Assembly: GCA_965263355.1 (NCBI GenBank)
Contig: CBDHHL010000032.1
Coordinates: 160,001-224,000, forward strand
DNA length: 64,000 nucleotides
Direction of reading: 5' to 3'
From: Leptolyngbyaceae cyanobacterium
GTDB lineage: Bacteria; Cyanobacteriota; Cyanobacteriia; Phormidesmidales; Phormidesmidaceae
Below, in pieces: positions 11,084 through 21,128 of the stretch (positions within the stretch are counted from its first letter, which is position 1; each line of letters opens with the position of its first letter). The position numbers and the translations under genes are program-made. Below the pieces are notes generated by a model, which saw only the letters and a program-made list of their open reading frames with translations, searched no databases and was not told where the DNA came from.

Positions 11084-11908
11084 TCAGAGAAGTGCCAGGA
11101 GTTTATCTGTCTCTTTAGACGTTAATTCACGACACTGCCCCGAGGGTAAATCGTCCAATTTAATAAAGCCGATAGCATCCCGGTGCAAACTGATGACGGG
11201 ATGGCCCAGTTGTTCGGCAACGCGACGAATCTGACGATTACGCCCCTCGCGCAGCAAAATCTCTAGCAAAGCCGGGGGACTGGACTGTAGGACGTTAACC
11301 TGAGCAGGGGCTGTTAATTTACCGGCCAAGCTAACACCACATCGCCACTTTTCTAAACAAGCGTTTGTAGGCGACCCCTGGACCCTGACTTTGTAGGTCT
11401 TGGGGATATGATGACGGGGATGGGTCAATGTTTGAGTTAGCTGCCCATGGTTGGTTAATAATAGCGCTCCAGTGGAGTCCGTATCTAAGCGCCCCACAGG
11501 GTGTAACCGGATATCGCCTTGACGTAGCTTAGGAGGAAGCAAATCAATAACGGTTTTTCGTCCCTGGGGATCATCACAGGTTGACACCACACCACGGGGT
11601 TTATTTAGCAATATGTAGTAATTGCCTGGACGGTTGTCTGGATTAAGCGCTCGTCCATCAATGCGAATATCGTCCACAGCTGGATTGGCACGTTGGCCAA
11701 TGTGGGCCTTAACACCGTTAACAGTAATATGCCCATTGGCAATTAGCAGCTCTGACTGACGCCGCGAGGCTACCCCCCACTGAGACAGAAGTTTCTGTAA
11801 TTTCTCGTCCGATGAGAAATGCTTTGACAGTGACTGCTTAGACAAAATGTTAGAAAATCTACAACTAAAGCACTTTTGAAAATAAACTTCGAGTGCATGG
11901 TACAGCAC
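11084..11908 (-). CDS. rRNA pseudouridine synthase (RsuA/RluB family); true start probably downstream of 11908
   Basis: S4-like ASRRQSE, LNKPRG, VGRLD catalytic Asp and EGRNRQIRR. Confidence 0.92.
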   Translation of the reverse strand: MLYHALEVYFQKCFSCRFSNILSKQSLSKHFSSDEKLQKLLSQWGVASRRQSELLIANGHITVNGVKAHIGQRANPAVDDIRIDGRALNPDNRPGNYYILLNKPRGVVSTCDDPQGRKTVIDLLPPKLRQGDIRLHPVGRLDTDSTGALLLTNHGQLTQTLTHPRHHIPKTYKVRVQGSPTNACLEKWRCGVSLAGKLTAPAQVNVLQSSPPALLEILLREGRNRQIRRVAEQLGHPVISLHRDAIGFIKLDDLPSGQCRELTSKETDKLLALL

Positions 11909-11980
11909 TGCTGCTAAAGGTGCTTAGGCTGCGTAGACACTTCCCCTAGTGTAGCTCAGTGATTTTACGTAGCCAGTTTT

Positions 11981-13270
11981 TTACCTGGAGATGGAATATT
12001 TTGTGTCTGCCCCGGTCAACGATTTTGGTAACCAAACCTGTAGCCAGGCTCCACCAGTGTCAGGATGATTTTTAGCTTTAACTGTTCCTTGATGGAATTC
12101 TACAATCTTTTGCACTATGGAGAGACCTAAGCCGGTGCTTTTTGAGAGTGCTTCATCTCCCGAGCGAGTTCGCGACATATCAGACCGATAAAACCGCTCA
12201 AATATGTAGGGTAAATCCTTTTCCAGAAACCCGGCACCCCAATCAAACACATCCAACAGTAAACCCATTTTTTCACCCTTCTCACAAAGCTTGAGATGGA
12301 CATGGATTGTCTGATGAGGGGGGCTATATTTCAATGCGTTATCGAGTAAGTTCAGCAACATACGATACACTAGGCCGCTGTTAACGGATGCGATCGCACC
12401 ATTAGGGCCTTGGTACTCAAACCGTTTGTCCTGCAGTTTTGCCTGGGGTTCCAAACTCTGCCATGCCTGATTTAATAAGGCAACCACATCGGCATCTTCT
12501 AACTGTTCCTGCGGTCGATGTTCTAAGTGACTCAGGCTCAGCATATCGTCCACTAAAGCACTGAGACGATTGACTTCCTGTAGCAACCGATCAGCCCAGC
12601 TGACCAGGCCAGGCGCAATGCGACTCCGTAAGGTCTCACCCACCAAACGAATAGACGTCAGCGGTGTTTTTAATTCATGGGCCACGTCCGATGTCCAGCG
12701 ATCTCGTTGCTGTGCCAGCATGACTGCTTCTTGGCGGTTTTCTAGAAACACGCCGACCTGACCATGACTTAAGGGAATACCGTAACCGCTCAGCGGATAG
12801 GCTGGGCCTTCCAAAATATTAGCTGGGTCAGGAGAAATAGACCTTAATGTCCATTCTTTTTTGCACTGAGTCTGACGCTCACGGGTTTGCTCGATCAAGT
12901 GATCTAGCTCGTAAGAACGTGCGATCGCTAGCAGTAGCCTAGGGGATGTGTAGTCAGTTTGCTCAATCCCTAAAAGCTCTCTGGCTTTAGCATTACACCA
13001 CAGCAAACGACTTTCTTCATCTACCCTTAAATAGCCCAGCGGAGCATGCTGCAGCACCCAGTTAGCTTCATCTAGCTCGGCCTGAAAATCACTCAAGACC
13101 TTACTCTGGCTTGCTATAGCGCTAGCAATCTGAGCTTCGTAGGAGAAAGATTGCGCCTCAGGTTGAATGTCAATTCGAGCAAACAGAGCCTTACGCCTGG
13201 CACCGGAACGAAGGCGATCCAATAAGAGAAGCAATAATCCTATTGATAAACCAGCCAAAAAATAAAGCAC
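11981..13270 (-). CDS. PAS-containing histidine kinase, SphS/PhoR-like
   Basis: SDVAHELKTPLTSI, NLLDNALKYSP, FERFYR and TGLGLSIV; RSYELD motif in the PAS region. Confidence 0.85.
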   Translation of the reverse strand: MLYFLAGLSIGLLLLLLDRLRSGARRKALFARIDIQPEAQSFSYEAQIASAIASQSKVLSDFQAELDEANWVLQHAPLGYLRVDEESRLLWCNAKARELLGIEQTDYTSPRLLLAIARSYELDHLIEQTRERQTQCKKEWTLRSISPDPANILEGPAYPLSGYGIPLSHGQVGVFLENRQEAVMLAQQRDRWTSDVAHELKTPLTSIRLVGETLRSRIAPGLVSWADRLLQEVNRLSALVDDMLSLSHLEHRPQEQLEDADVVALLNQAWQSLEPQAKLQDKRFEYQGPNGAIASVNSGLVYRMLLNLLDNALKYSPPHQTIHVHLKLCEKGEKMGLLLDVFDWGAGFLEKDLPYIFERFYRSDMSRTRSGDEALSKSTGLGLSIVQKIVEFHQGTVKAKNHPDTGGAWLQVWLPKSLTGADTKYSISR

Positions 13271-13417
13271 AGCAACCCAGCATCAATGCTCTCAGCATCA
13301 TAACTCAGGGGTATTCTCAAAAAATCCCGTCGGTTGGGTTGAGCCTACAAGACCTAATAGTTTTAAGGATTTTAGAACTACGAAATCCAGCCTAACCATA
13401 ACAGCAGAGTTGCCTAT

Positions 13418-13450
13418 AAAAAAGGCTCCTTCCCTACAGAAGGAACCCTT
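13418..13450 (-). terminator. Rho-independent terminator downstream of the DUF4278-like gene
   Basis: Minus strand aagggttccttc-tgtagg-gaaggagcc followed by a T-run. Confidence 0.6.
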
Positions 13451-13526
13451 ATGGCATAAAAAAAATTGAAATAACCAGCTTTACTGGCTTATACGTGCCC
13501 TTGAAACAAATGGGAAACGTTAGATG

Positions 13527-13697
13527 TTAACGGACTTGAGCACCGCGATACTTTAGACCATGTACACGACTATGGGCATGACCCGTAGCCTTTTTCACAC
13601 GATAAGATGCGCCCCGGTAACGAACAACATCACCATCTTCAACAGCGACATTACATTCGGGGACAGTATATTTAACTCCACGGTAAGACAGTTGCAT
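13527..13697 (-). CDS. DUF4278-like small protein, 56 aa, absent from the ORF track
   Basis: MQLSYRGVKYTVPECNVAVEDGDVVRYRGASYRVKKATGHAHSRVHGLKYRGAQVR; three YRG motifs; RBS aaggagg upstream. Confidence 0.88.
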   Translation of the reverse strand: MQLSYRGVKYTVPECNVAVEDGDVVRYRGASYRVKKATGHAHSRVHGLKYRGAQVR

Positions 13698-13742
13698 GGA
13701 TTTCGCCTCCTTAATATTTGAGAACGTAGAGAGTTAAGATGA

Positions 13743-13863
13743 GGCGCGTTCCTTCGGTTAGATAGCCAATGGCTGTAGAGTCAATTGCTATCTTTCCTAC
13801 TTCCGTCCCTATTGAAATCAAAGACACTAGTAGATGCAGTCAATCTCAATAGGAATGAACGTT
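13743..13863 (-). ncRNA. Glutamine riboswitch (glnA RNA motif)
   Basis: Minus strand CGTTCA-TTCCTATTGA..TCAATAGGGA-CGGAAGTAGG-AAAGATAGC..GCTATCT-AACCGAAGGAACGCGCC; P1 CGTTC/GAACG and E-loop AGTA/GAA. Confidence 0.88.
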
Positions 13864-13870
13864 TTGTTTC

Positions 13871-13908
13871 TGTATTCAAATATACAGAATGGTCGATCGT
13901 CTTGTCAA
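13871..13908 (-). promoter_or_regulatory. Sigma70-type promoter with an NtcA box over the -10
   Basis: TTGACA (13908-13903), 18 nt, TATATT (13884-13879); TGTA-TTCAAATA-TACA at 13871-13886 fits GTA-N8-TAC. Confidence 0.75.
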
Positions 13909-13983
13909 TATTTTTTTGTTTTTTTCCGGATGTTTACGCGTATTGACGGAGGTGCTTATATTTTGTGATGTAACCTGCGGTCT

Positions 13984-14070
13984 TGTTGGGTTTTGTGCCT
14001 CTACCCAACCTACGGCCTGCGGCCCTATGTCCATTGCCCATGTTGGGTTTCGTGCCTCTACCCAACCTAC
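13984..14070. repeat. Tandem pair of GTAG-family REP hairpins
   Basis: tgttgggttt(t/c)gtgcctctacccaacctac at 13984-14013 and 14041-14070. Confidence 0.85.
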
Positions 14071-14082
14071 AGACATGTCCCT

Positions 14083-14886
14083 ATGCATCAAACTATTCCG
14101 CCTGAGCGTTTTTACCCTTACCTCACTTGGCAAGATATTGACACCATGGCTGATAAAGATCAGGTGGTGATTATTCAGCCGGTGGGGGCGATTGAGCAAC
14201 ATGGTCCCCATTTGCCGATAGCGGTGGATACGGCGTTGGGTTTGGCCATTATTGGTAGGGCGTTGGAAAAATTAGCATCGTCAATTCCTGTCTATTGTTT
14301 GCCGCCGCTATGTTACGGCAAATCTAATGAGCACTGGGGATTTCCTGGCACGATTACCCTATCGGCTGCGACACTGATGGCGGTGCTGGCGGATGTGGCT
14401 GATAGCATTTATCGAGCTGGGTTTCGTAAGCTATTACTGCTTAACTCCCACGGTGGGCAACCCCAGGTGCTGGAGATTGTGGCCCGCGATGTGCATCAGC
14501 GTCAGCCTGATTTTTGGGTATTTCCCCACTTTGTTTGGCAGGTGCCTCATCAGGTCGACGATTTGCTCAGTCCTAAAGAACGTCAGGCAGGGATTCATGC
14601 TGGGGATGCGGAAACGAGTTTAATGCTGGCGATTTTGCCTGACCAAGTTCATATGGATCGGGCGGTTACGGAATATCCTCCAGACCATGATGGGGTGTTG
14701 AGTTTAGAAGGGGCCTTGCCCTTTAGTTGGACTACCCGTGATATTTCTAAAAGCGGTGTCGTGGGTGATGCGATCGCAGCAACGGCAGAAAAGGGTGAAA
14801 AAATTTTGGCGGATGTGGCAGCTGGCTGGGTCACCGTTTTGGAAGAAATTTATCGGTTTGAACCGCCCCAACGCTGGCGCGATTGA
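14083..14886 (+). CDS. Creatininase family protein
   Basis: GAIEQHGPHLP, SNEH, NSHGGQ and HAGDAETS; the upstream extension to 13993 is REP-derived. Confidence 0.9.
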   Translation: MHQTIPPERFYPYLTWQDIDTMADKDQVVIIQPVGAIEQHGPHLPIAVDTALGLAIIGRALEKLASSIPVYCLPPLCYGKSNEHWGFPGTITLSAATLMAVLADVADSIYRAGFRKLLLLNSHGGQPQVLEIVARDVHQRQPDFWVFPHFVWQVPHQVDDLLSPKERQAGIHAGDAETSLMLAILPDQVHMDRAVTEYPPDHDGVLSLEGALPFSWTTRDISKSGVVGDAIAATAEKGEKILADVAAGWVTVLEEIYRFEPPQRWRD

Positions 14887-15186
14887 TAGAGGGAAGTTGA
14901 TGGCTATCGCTATTGATGCCGTCCATTTAGCCATCAATTCGATTTAATAAAAGAGGGGGTATAACTGCTGGCTCATATGAATCCAGCGGGCAATATGTAT
15001 TAGAAAGTGAAGTCATACCTTGGGGCAGGGGGTTTTAATCCAGCTGTGTCAAGTGTGGATTGGGTATTACATCTAAACCACAGCCAAGTTGAAACCTATT
15101 GGTTCTTCTACGGAAAAATGACCGTTCTGGATGTGGACAAGGTCTATTTTGATTGCTAAGCACTGACCAACTAAGTAAATTTCAAT

Positions 15187-16704
15187 ATGAGTGGCCAGTT
15201 AAAGGATCCATCAAGGGAACACCACCAAATTTTTGGGTGTCCCACCCTTGCTTTATTTTTTGCTATTTGTCTGATTTATTTGGCGTTTCTAAAACCTGGG
15301 ATTTGGGGTGTGGATGGCAATGACATGCTGCACATGTCTCAATCCTTGATTCAGAAGGGTAATTTTTCGATTCCTGAGGGGACAGGGGGTATCCAGGGGC
15401 CGGATGGTCAGTTTTACTCTATCCGTTATCCCCTATTGCCAATTTTTGCCGTGCCGTTTGTATGGATTGGCACAACCCTGGGGGAAATTTTGAGCTTACC
15501 GGTGAGGTACACCTCTGCCACCTTTGGGCTGGTGCTCAATATTTTGCTCACGGCGGCAACTGCTGCTCTGGTTTATGGGTTAACCCTACGGCTGGGGGGA
15601 GCGCGTCGTGGAGCCTTTATTGCTGTAATTGGATATGCCTTTGGCACCACAGCCCTGGTTTATGCCCGTGAGTTTTTTGCCGAACCGCTGTTGGCATTTA
15701 TCATCACCTTGGCGTTATATCTGGCGTTTGGCAACTCGCGCTGGGGCCATTGGTCTGCCGGGTTACTGGCGGCGTTAGCGATCGCAGCTAAACCCGCTGG
15801 CGTCTTACTAGGTCCTGTACTGGCGCTTTATTTTTTACTGCGGCGCTGCAGTTGGGACCGGATTTTGGCCCCCTGCATCGGTACCGGCATTGGCATTGGC
15901 CTTTATCTGGCCTATAACTATATTCGGTTTGGTAGCCTGACTTCATCGGGACAGGACACCTCACAGCTAGGGTTTGACGGATTTTTTATGCGGGCGCTGG
16001 GGCAGTTAATTAGCCCTGGCAGTGGTGGTGGTTTATTTTGGTACTGTCCTCCGACCATTTTGGCCCTGGTTGGTTTTTGGGTACTGTGGCAGCGTCGCAA
16101 ACTAGAGTTTGTAGCGATATTTGGCATTGTGGCTAGTTTTTGGCTACTGCATAGCGGCTGGGACTTTAATGGTTGGAACTGGGGACCTCGGTTTTTAGTA
16201 CCGATTATTCCAGCGATGATGGTGACCGTCGGGCTATTGGATAAACGCTGGCGCGTACCGTTGATGGTACTGATTACCCTAGGTTTTTTGGCCAATGCCC
16301 CCATCTTGCTCACCTATTACCAACGCTATTTTGCCGAAGTATCTGACGAAAGTATGACGTTACTGATGCAAACGGTATCGCTATGGAGTGAGCCTTCCCA
16401 AGCGCCGATTTTTAATGTATGGGCGGCAGCGGGACGACAGTTAACCGATGCGTTTAATACCCCTGTGCAAGACATCATTAGCAATGTCGGTGAGCCACCG
16501 CCACGGGGAGAGTTTACTAAGGCTGAATTACTGAGAATTGTGGCCGTATGGTGGTGGTTTTTACCCGCCGTAGGGATTCCGATCTGGATTGGTGTGGCGA
16601 TCGCAATTGTCATGGTTAGCCTTGGCATTTGGCTATTGCGCCTCAGTTGGCTGATCGGTCTGAAGCCACCCATTCGGCTACAATCTAGCCAAATCCCCTT
16701 CTAG
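15187..16704 (+). CDS. Polytopic GT-C-fold (PMT/ArnT-like) glycosyltransferase
   Basis: About 12 TM; N-terminal loop with DG, FAEP, WGPRFLVP; adjacent to a GT2 gene. Confidence 0.7.
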   Translation: MSGQLKDPSREHHQIFGCPTLALFFAICLIYLAFLKPGIWGVDGNDMLHMSQSLIQKGNFSIPEGTGGIQGPDGQFYSIRYPLLPIFAVPFVWIGTTLGEILSLPVRYTSATFGLVLNILLTAATAALVYGLTLRLGGARRGAFIAVIGYAFGTTALVYAREFFAEPLLAFIITLALYLAFGNSRWGHWSAGLLAALAIAAKPAGVLLGPVLALYFLLRRCSWDRILAPCIGTGIGIGLYLAYNYIRFGSLTSSGQDTSQLGFDGFFMRALGQLISPGSGGGLFWYCPPTILALVGFWVLWQRRKLEFVAIFGIVASFWLLHSGWDFNGWNWGPRFLVPIIPAMMVTVGLLDKRWRVPLMVLITLGFLANAPILLTYYQRYFAEVSDESMTLLMQTVSLWSEPSQAPIFNVWAAAGRQLTDAFNTPVQDIISNVGEPPPRGEFTKAELLRIVAVWWWFLPAVGIPIWIGVAIAIVMVSLGIWLLRLSWLIGLKPPIRLQSSQIPF

Positions 16705-16726
16705 GAAAGCACCCCAGGCATCTCCA

Positions 16727-17710
16727 ATGAAACTAATTATTCAAATTCCTTGTTACAACGAAGAAAATACCCTGGGAGTAACCCTGTCAGAACTACCACG
16801 ACAGGTTCCAGGTGTGGACCAAGTTGAGTGGCTGATTATTAACGACGGTAGTGTAGATCGAACCGTTGATGTCGCTAAAGAATGGGGGGTAAACCACATC
16901 GTCAACTTTGACCATAACCAGGGGTTAGCCCGTGGGTTTATGGCTGGGTTAGATGCCTGTCTCAAGGCAGGTGCTGACATTATTGTCAATACCGACGCTG
17001 ATAATCAATATTGTGCAGCCGATATTCCTAAACTGATTGAGCCGATTATCCACGGCGATGCCGAAATTGTGGTTGGAGAACGGCCCATTATGGAAATCCA
17101 ACATTTTTCGCCGATCAAAAAGGTGCTGCAGCGTCTGGGTAGCTGGGCTGTGAGGGTTGCCAGCAATACGCCTGTGGCTGATGCTCCCAGTGGCTTTCGT
17201 GCCATCAGTCGTGATGCGGCGATGCAGCTCAATGTATTTAACGAATATACCTACACCTTAGAAACCATTATTCAAGCTGGCCAAAAGGGAATGGCGGTGG
17301 CATCAGTGCCGATTCGTACCAATGGCTATTTGCGGCCCTCCCGACTGGTCAAAAGTATTGCCTCCTACGTGCAGCGGTCTCTATTTACGATTCTGCGGAT
17401 TTTTATTACCTATCGCCCCCTGTCGTTTTTTACGATTCTGGGGGCGATTCCATTTGGGCTGGGTTTTTTGATTGGTGTGCGTTGGATTTGGCTGTTTGTG
17501 ACTACGTTTGAGCAGACACAGCGCAGCCATGTTCCTAGCTTGATTTTGTCGGCTATTTTGATTTTGATCGGGGTGCAATGTTGGATCTTTGGTCTGATTG
17601 CTGATTTGATGTCGGCTAATCGAAAGTTGCTGGAGGATATTCAGCTGCGGCTGCGGCGATCGGAAATCGAGGCTCATATGAAACGACATCGGGAGAAAGA
17701 GATGAGGTAA
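16727..17710 (+). CDS. GT2 glycosyltransferase (polyprenol-P-sugar synthase-like) with two C-terminal TM
   Basis: IPCYNEE, DGSVD, TDADNQY and DAPSGFRA. Confidence 0.9.
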   Translation: MKLIIQIPCYNEENTLGVTLSELPRQVPGVDQVEWLIINDGSVDRTVDVAKEWGVNHIVNFDHNQGLARGFMAGLDACLKAGADIIVNTDADNQYCAADIPKLIEPIIHGDAEIVVGERPIMEIQHFSPIKKVLQRLGSWAVRVASNTPVADAPSGFRAISRDAAMQLNVFNEYTYTLETIIQAGQKGMAVASVPIRTNGYLRPSRLVKSIASYVQRSLFTILRIFITYRPLSFFTILGAIPFGLGFLIGVRWIWLFVTTFEQTQRSHVPSLILSAILILIGVQCWIFGLIADLMSANRKLLEDIQLRLRRSEIEAHMKRHREKEMR

Positions 17711-17711
17711 A

Positions 17712-17848
17712 ACCTTACCCGCAACCTACGGTGCATTGTTGGGTTTCGTGCCTCAATTGCAACCTACGGCACATTGTTGGGTTTCGTGCCTCAACCACAA
17801 CCTACGATGGTCCATGTATGTTGGTTTTGTGCCTCAATCGCGACCTGC
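17712..17848. repeat. Tandem cluster of about 4 REP-like units
   Basis: tgttgggtttcgtgcctcaa..caacctac at 17737-17767 and 17775-17805, a diverged copy at 17819-17848 and a partial copy at 17712-17729. Confidence 0.85.
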
Positions 17849-17867
17849 AATTTATTTTCCCTGTTAT

Positions 17868-19466
17868 ATGAAAGATTTATTTGCTAAGGCTGCTCTGGCT
17901 GAAATTCCTAAAATTCTGACGCTGCAGGATCGTAACCTCCATAGCCCAAATTATGGTTGTTTTGATCGTAATTATTGGCAATATAAGATTATTGATTTTC
18001 CCAGTGGGATGTCCCAGGAGTTTGTATGGCCCCTGGCGTTGGTGTATGACATGCCGTTGCCGGATAATCCTTACTATCAGCAACCGAATATTAAGGCTTG
18101 GGTCGAAGCGGGGATTCTTTTTGCAGCGAAGAGTGCTCACCCGGATGGGTCCTGTGATGATTATTTCCCCTTTGAGAGGGCGGGTGGGGCAGCGGCGTTT
18201 TCGTTGTTGGCTTGTTTGGAAAGCTATCGGTTGTTGAAGCTAGAGAATCAGCAGGCACTGAAGTTTTTTGAAATTCGGGCGGATTGGTTGGCCCATCATC
18301 AGGAGAGTGGTCGGTTGACCAATCACCAGGCGCTGATTGTGCTGTGTTTGGAACTGGCGTCACGGGTGTTGAATACGCAAAAGTGGCAGCCTGCGATTCA
18401 GCAGCGGTTGGAACAGGTGCTGTCCTGGCAGGATTCGGAAGGTTGGTTTCAAGAGTATGAGGGCTGTGATCCGGGGTATCACACGCTGACGATTGCTTGT
18501 TTGGCACGGGTGTATGACCTGGGCGATCGCAACGATGAACGATTGCGGGATGCGATCGCAAACGGCGTTCGTCTCGCCAGTCATTTTGTCCACCCCGACG
18601 GCTCCTATGGTGGTGAGTATACCAGTCGCAATACCTACAACTATTTTCCCCACGGCTTTGAGCTGGTGGGCCGCTGGATGCCTGAAGCCCTGAGCATCAA
18701 CGACCAGTTTCTTAACGGTCTACAAAACGGCTGCGGCTCATGCTATGCCGATGACCACATTGTCGGTCACCATACCTGGAACTATCTACTCACCTGGAAA
18801 GACTTTGTGGATGAGCGACCGCCCACCCAGCCTCCCCATGAGGGTCGAGTCTGGTTCCCCAACGCCCGTATTCTAATTGACCAACGAGAGGATACTAAAC
18901 TCTATCTGGCCTTAAACAAAGGTGGAGCCTTTAAGTTTTTCCGCGATCGCAAACTAGTTCTATCAGATACTCAGTTTTCACTACAAGTCAAAGACGGCGG
19001 TAAAACCAAAAATGCTGTTGGTCATCTAGTGGGTGATTACCAATACGACATCACAGACGAGCAAATTACCATCGAAGGCCCCTTGGGCTGGGCAAAACAA
19101 AAACAAATGACGCCCTTGAATCTGATGATTTTGCGGGTGGTGATGCTAACCGTTGGTCGATTTTTCCCTAACTTAATCCGCAAACTGTTGCAAAAGATGC
19201 TGATCACTGGCAAAAATGACGCTCCATTTCGGTTTCAGCGAACGTTTGATTGGCAAGATAGCCATTGGACACTCCGGGACAAACTCATCGCTACAAGTGG
19301 TTGGAATAATGTTCTGACTGCCGGTATTGGGGGTGACCAAACCTCTATCTATGTTGTGATGAGTCGTACCTTTCAAGCGGGGCAGCTACAGCCTTGGAAA
19401 GATTTAACCAATGAGGTGCATGCTCTTTCGTCGGAACAACCTTTGGAGGTAGAACGACAGCTATAA
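17868..19466 (+). CDS. Conserved hypothetical protein, probable (alpha/alpha) toroid enzyme in the glycosylation operon
   Basis: Repeated HPDGSC, WQDSEGWF and HPDGSY turns; ATG 17868 preferred because the extension to 17736 is REP-derived. Confidence 0.7.
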   Translation: MKDLFAKAALAEIPKILTLQDRNLHSPNYGCFDRNYWQYKIIDFPSGMSQEFVWPLALVYDMPLPDNPYYQQPNIKAWVEAGILFAAKSAHPDGSCDDYFPFERAGGAAAFSLLACLESYRLLKLENQQALKFFEIRADWLAHHQESGRLTNHQALIVLCLELASRVLNTQKWQPAIQQRLEQVLSWQDSEGWFQEYEGCDPGYHTLTIACLARVYDLGDRNDERLRDAIANGVRLASHFVHPDGSYGGEYTSRNTYNYFPHGFELVGRWMPEALSINDQFLNGLQNGCGSCYADDHIVGHHTWNYLLTWKDFVDERPPTQPPHEGRVWFPNARILIDQREDTKLYLALNKGGAFKFFRDRKLVLSDTQFSLQVKDGGKTKNAVGHLVGDYQYDITDEQITIEGPLGWAKQKQMTPLNLMILRVVMLTVGRFFPNLIRKLLQKMLITGKNDAPFRFQRTFDWQDSHWTLRDKLIATSGWNNVLTAGIGGDQTSIYVVMSRTFQAGQLQPWKDLTNEVHALSSEQPLEVERQL

Positions 19467-19566
19467 ATTTTGTGGTGGTGGGTATTGCCCAGCCTACGGA
19501 ATTTTTCCCATTGCCTATTGCCCTTGTACAGACGTTCCATGGAACATCTCCACACCTAAAAAATAT

Positions 19567-20652
19567 ATGAAACGGTATATATCTATTTTTGTTAGCACCC
19601 TCATCCTGGTGATCTTATACAACAAGATCAATTTTCCAGAGTTGATTAAGGTTTTTCGCGAGTGTAATCCGGTTTGGATGGTGGTGAGTTTAGGGATGGT
19701 CATCCCCATTACATTTTTCACCGGTTGGCGTCTGAAGCAGCTGATTCCAGTGCAGGCAAAATTAAACATCTGGGAAGCCAATAAGCTAATTTTGGCGGCC
19801 AGTGTGCTAAACATGGTGCTGCCGTCAAAAATGGGAGACATCGCTAAGTCTTATTTTATGAAAGAGAGAGGAAATCTTAGCGGCACGCTGTCCCTGTCTA
19901 TTGTCATTTTTGAAAAAGCCTGCGATATGTTGTCGCTGCTGTTGTGGTGTGCTTTTGGTCTTATTCTTTACCCTCAAAAAGACGCTTTCTTCTGGACCAT
20001 GACGGCAGGGATTCTCGGCGGTTTAATTTTTGGTCTTTTAATGCTGGGATCTAAAGGGTTTGCCCGACTTGGGTTTACCACCATGCGTAAGATTGCCCCC
20101 GGCAAAATCGGTAAAAAGCTAGCTTCGTTTCAAGATTCCTGGGACGAAATGCATGATTACTTTTGGGGGAATCCAGCCCAGCTGACTCGCATCGCTGGCA
20201 TGTCAATTTTTGTATGGTTTCTGCACTTATTGCAGATTTGGCTATTTATTTTAGCCCTGAATGCTTGGGCTCCCCCTGTTATTAGCTTTGCCCTTTCGCC
20301 CTTGGCTATTTTGGCCGGTCTGTTGCCCCTTACCTTTGCCGGTGTGGGTACCCGTGATGCTGCCCTGGTTGCTCTTTATGCACCCTATTTTGCTGCCGCT
20401 GCATTAGTTGGTGCTCATATGCCAGATCTGATTCATACCTATGCTCCAGCGTTTTCAGCAGCCTTGATTGATCCATCTGTTGCAGTGGCAGACTTAACGC
20501 CTGAAGTGACTGCATCTTTGCTCAAACGAGCTGAGGCAGCTGGTGCTGCGTTAGGGGTATTATGCACTTCCCGTTATTTCCTCCCCGCTATTGGGGGATT
20601 GCCCTTTCTAAATCAGTATCTAAGCACCGTTAAACAATTCCAAAAAACTTAA
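19567..20652 (+). CDS. Lysylphosphatidylglycerol-synthase TM / UPF0104 flippase-like membrane protein
   Basis: N.VLPSKMGDIAK, FEKACD and PLTFAGVGTRDAA motifs. Confidence 0.85.
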   Translation: MKRYISIFVSTLILVILYNKINFPELIKVFRECNPVWMVVSLGMVIPITFFTGWRLKQLIPVQAKLNIWEANKLILAASVLNMVLPSKMGDIAKSYFMKERGNLSGTLSLSIVIFEKACDMLSLLLWCAFGLILYPQKDAFFWTMTAGILGGLIFGLLMLGSKGFARLGFTTMRKIAPGKIGKKLASFQDSWDEMHDYFWGNPAQLTRIAGMSIFVWFLHLLQIWLFILALNAWAPPVISFALSPLAILAGLLPLTFAGVGTRDAALVALYAPYFAAAALVGAHMPDLIHTYAPAFSAALIDPSVAVADLTPEVTASLLKRAEAAGAALGVLCTSRYFLPAIGGLPFLNQYLSTVKQFQKT

Positions 20653-21128
20653 GAGTCACCTAAAGCAAGTATTCAACCTCTAGGCAGCCATGGCTAGGTA
20701 TACTATAGCTTATAGTACAAATGATCTAATCTACCAAAATAGTAAAGTATACAACCGGATCAATCATTGTCTGGTAAGGCTCGTAAACTTTACAAAGCGC
20801 CTCAAAAAGGGAAAGGCTAAAAAAAGCTATTGAAGGAAGGATTTCACCCTGCTGATTTTCCCTATGCTTGCACCATATCTTGATGGGAATTGTTACGAGC
20901 TATAGCTTTTAGTGAATCTTTAGTATTCATGACTCGTAGAACACAAGTGGTTTGAATTTTTCCTAAGCTTACGTAGTACTTTTTGTCCATATAAATAAAA
21001 TTTTGGTGGGGATAAAAGCTGTACTCAATGTAGAAGCGAACTTGAGAAAAATCTCCTTGAGTGATTCAGTTGTATCCGTTTTTTTCAGATAGAACACACT
21101 ATTAACCTTTGTGTAGGAGTTAGATTTC

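Noticed and set aside
13876..14211. ORFs 13876-14211 (-) and 13889-14170 (+)
   Set aside because: Built from REP repeats and promoter DNA; they overlap the creatininase gene
17712..17848. Possible CRISPR mini-array
   Set aside because: Spacers are only 7-13 nt, units diverge, the same unit is dispersed elsewhere and no cas genes are present; fits a REP cluster
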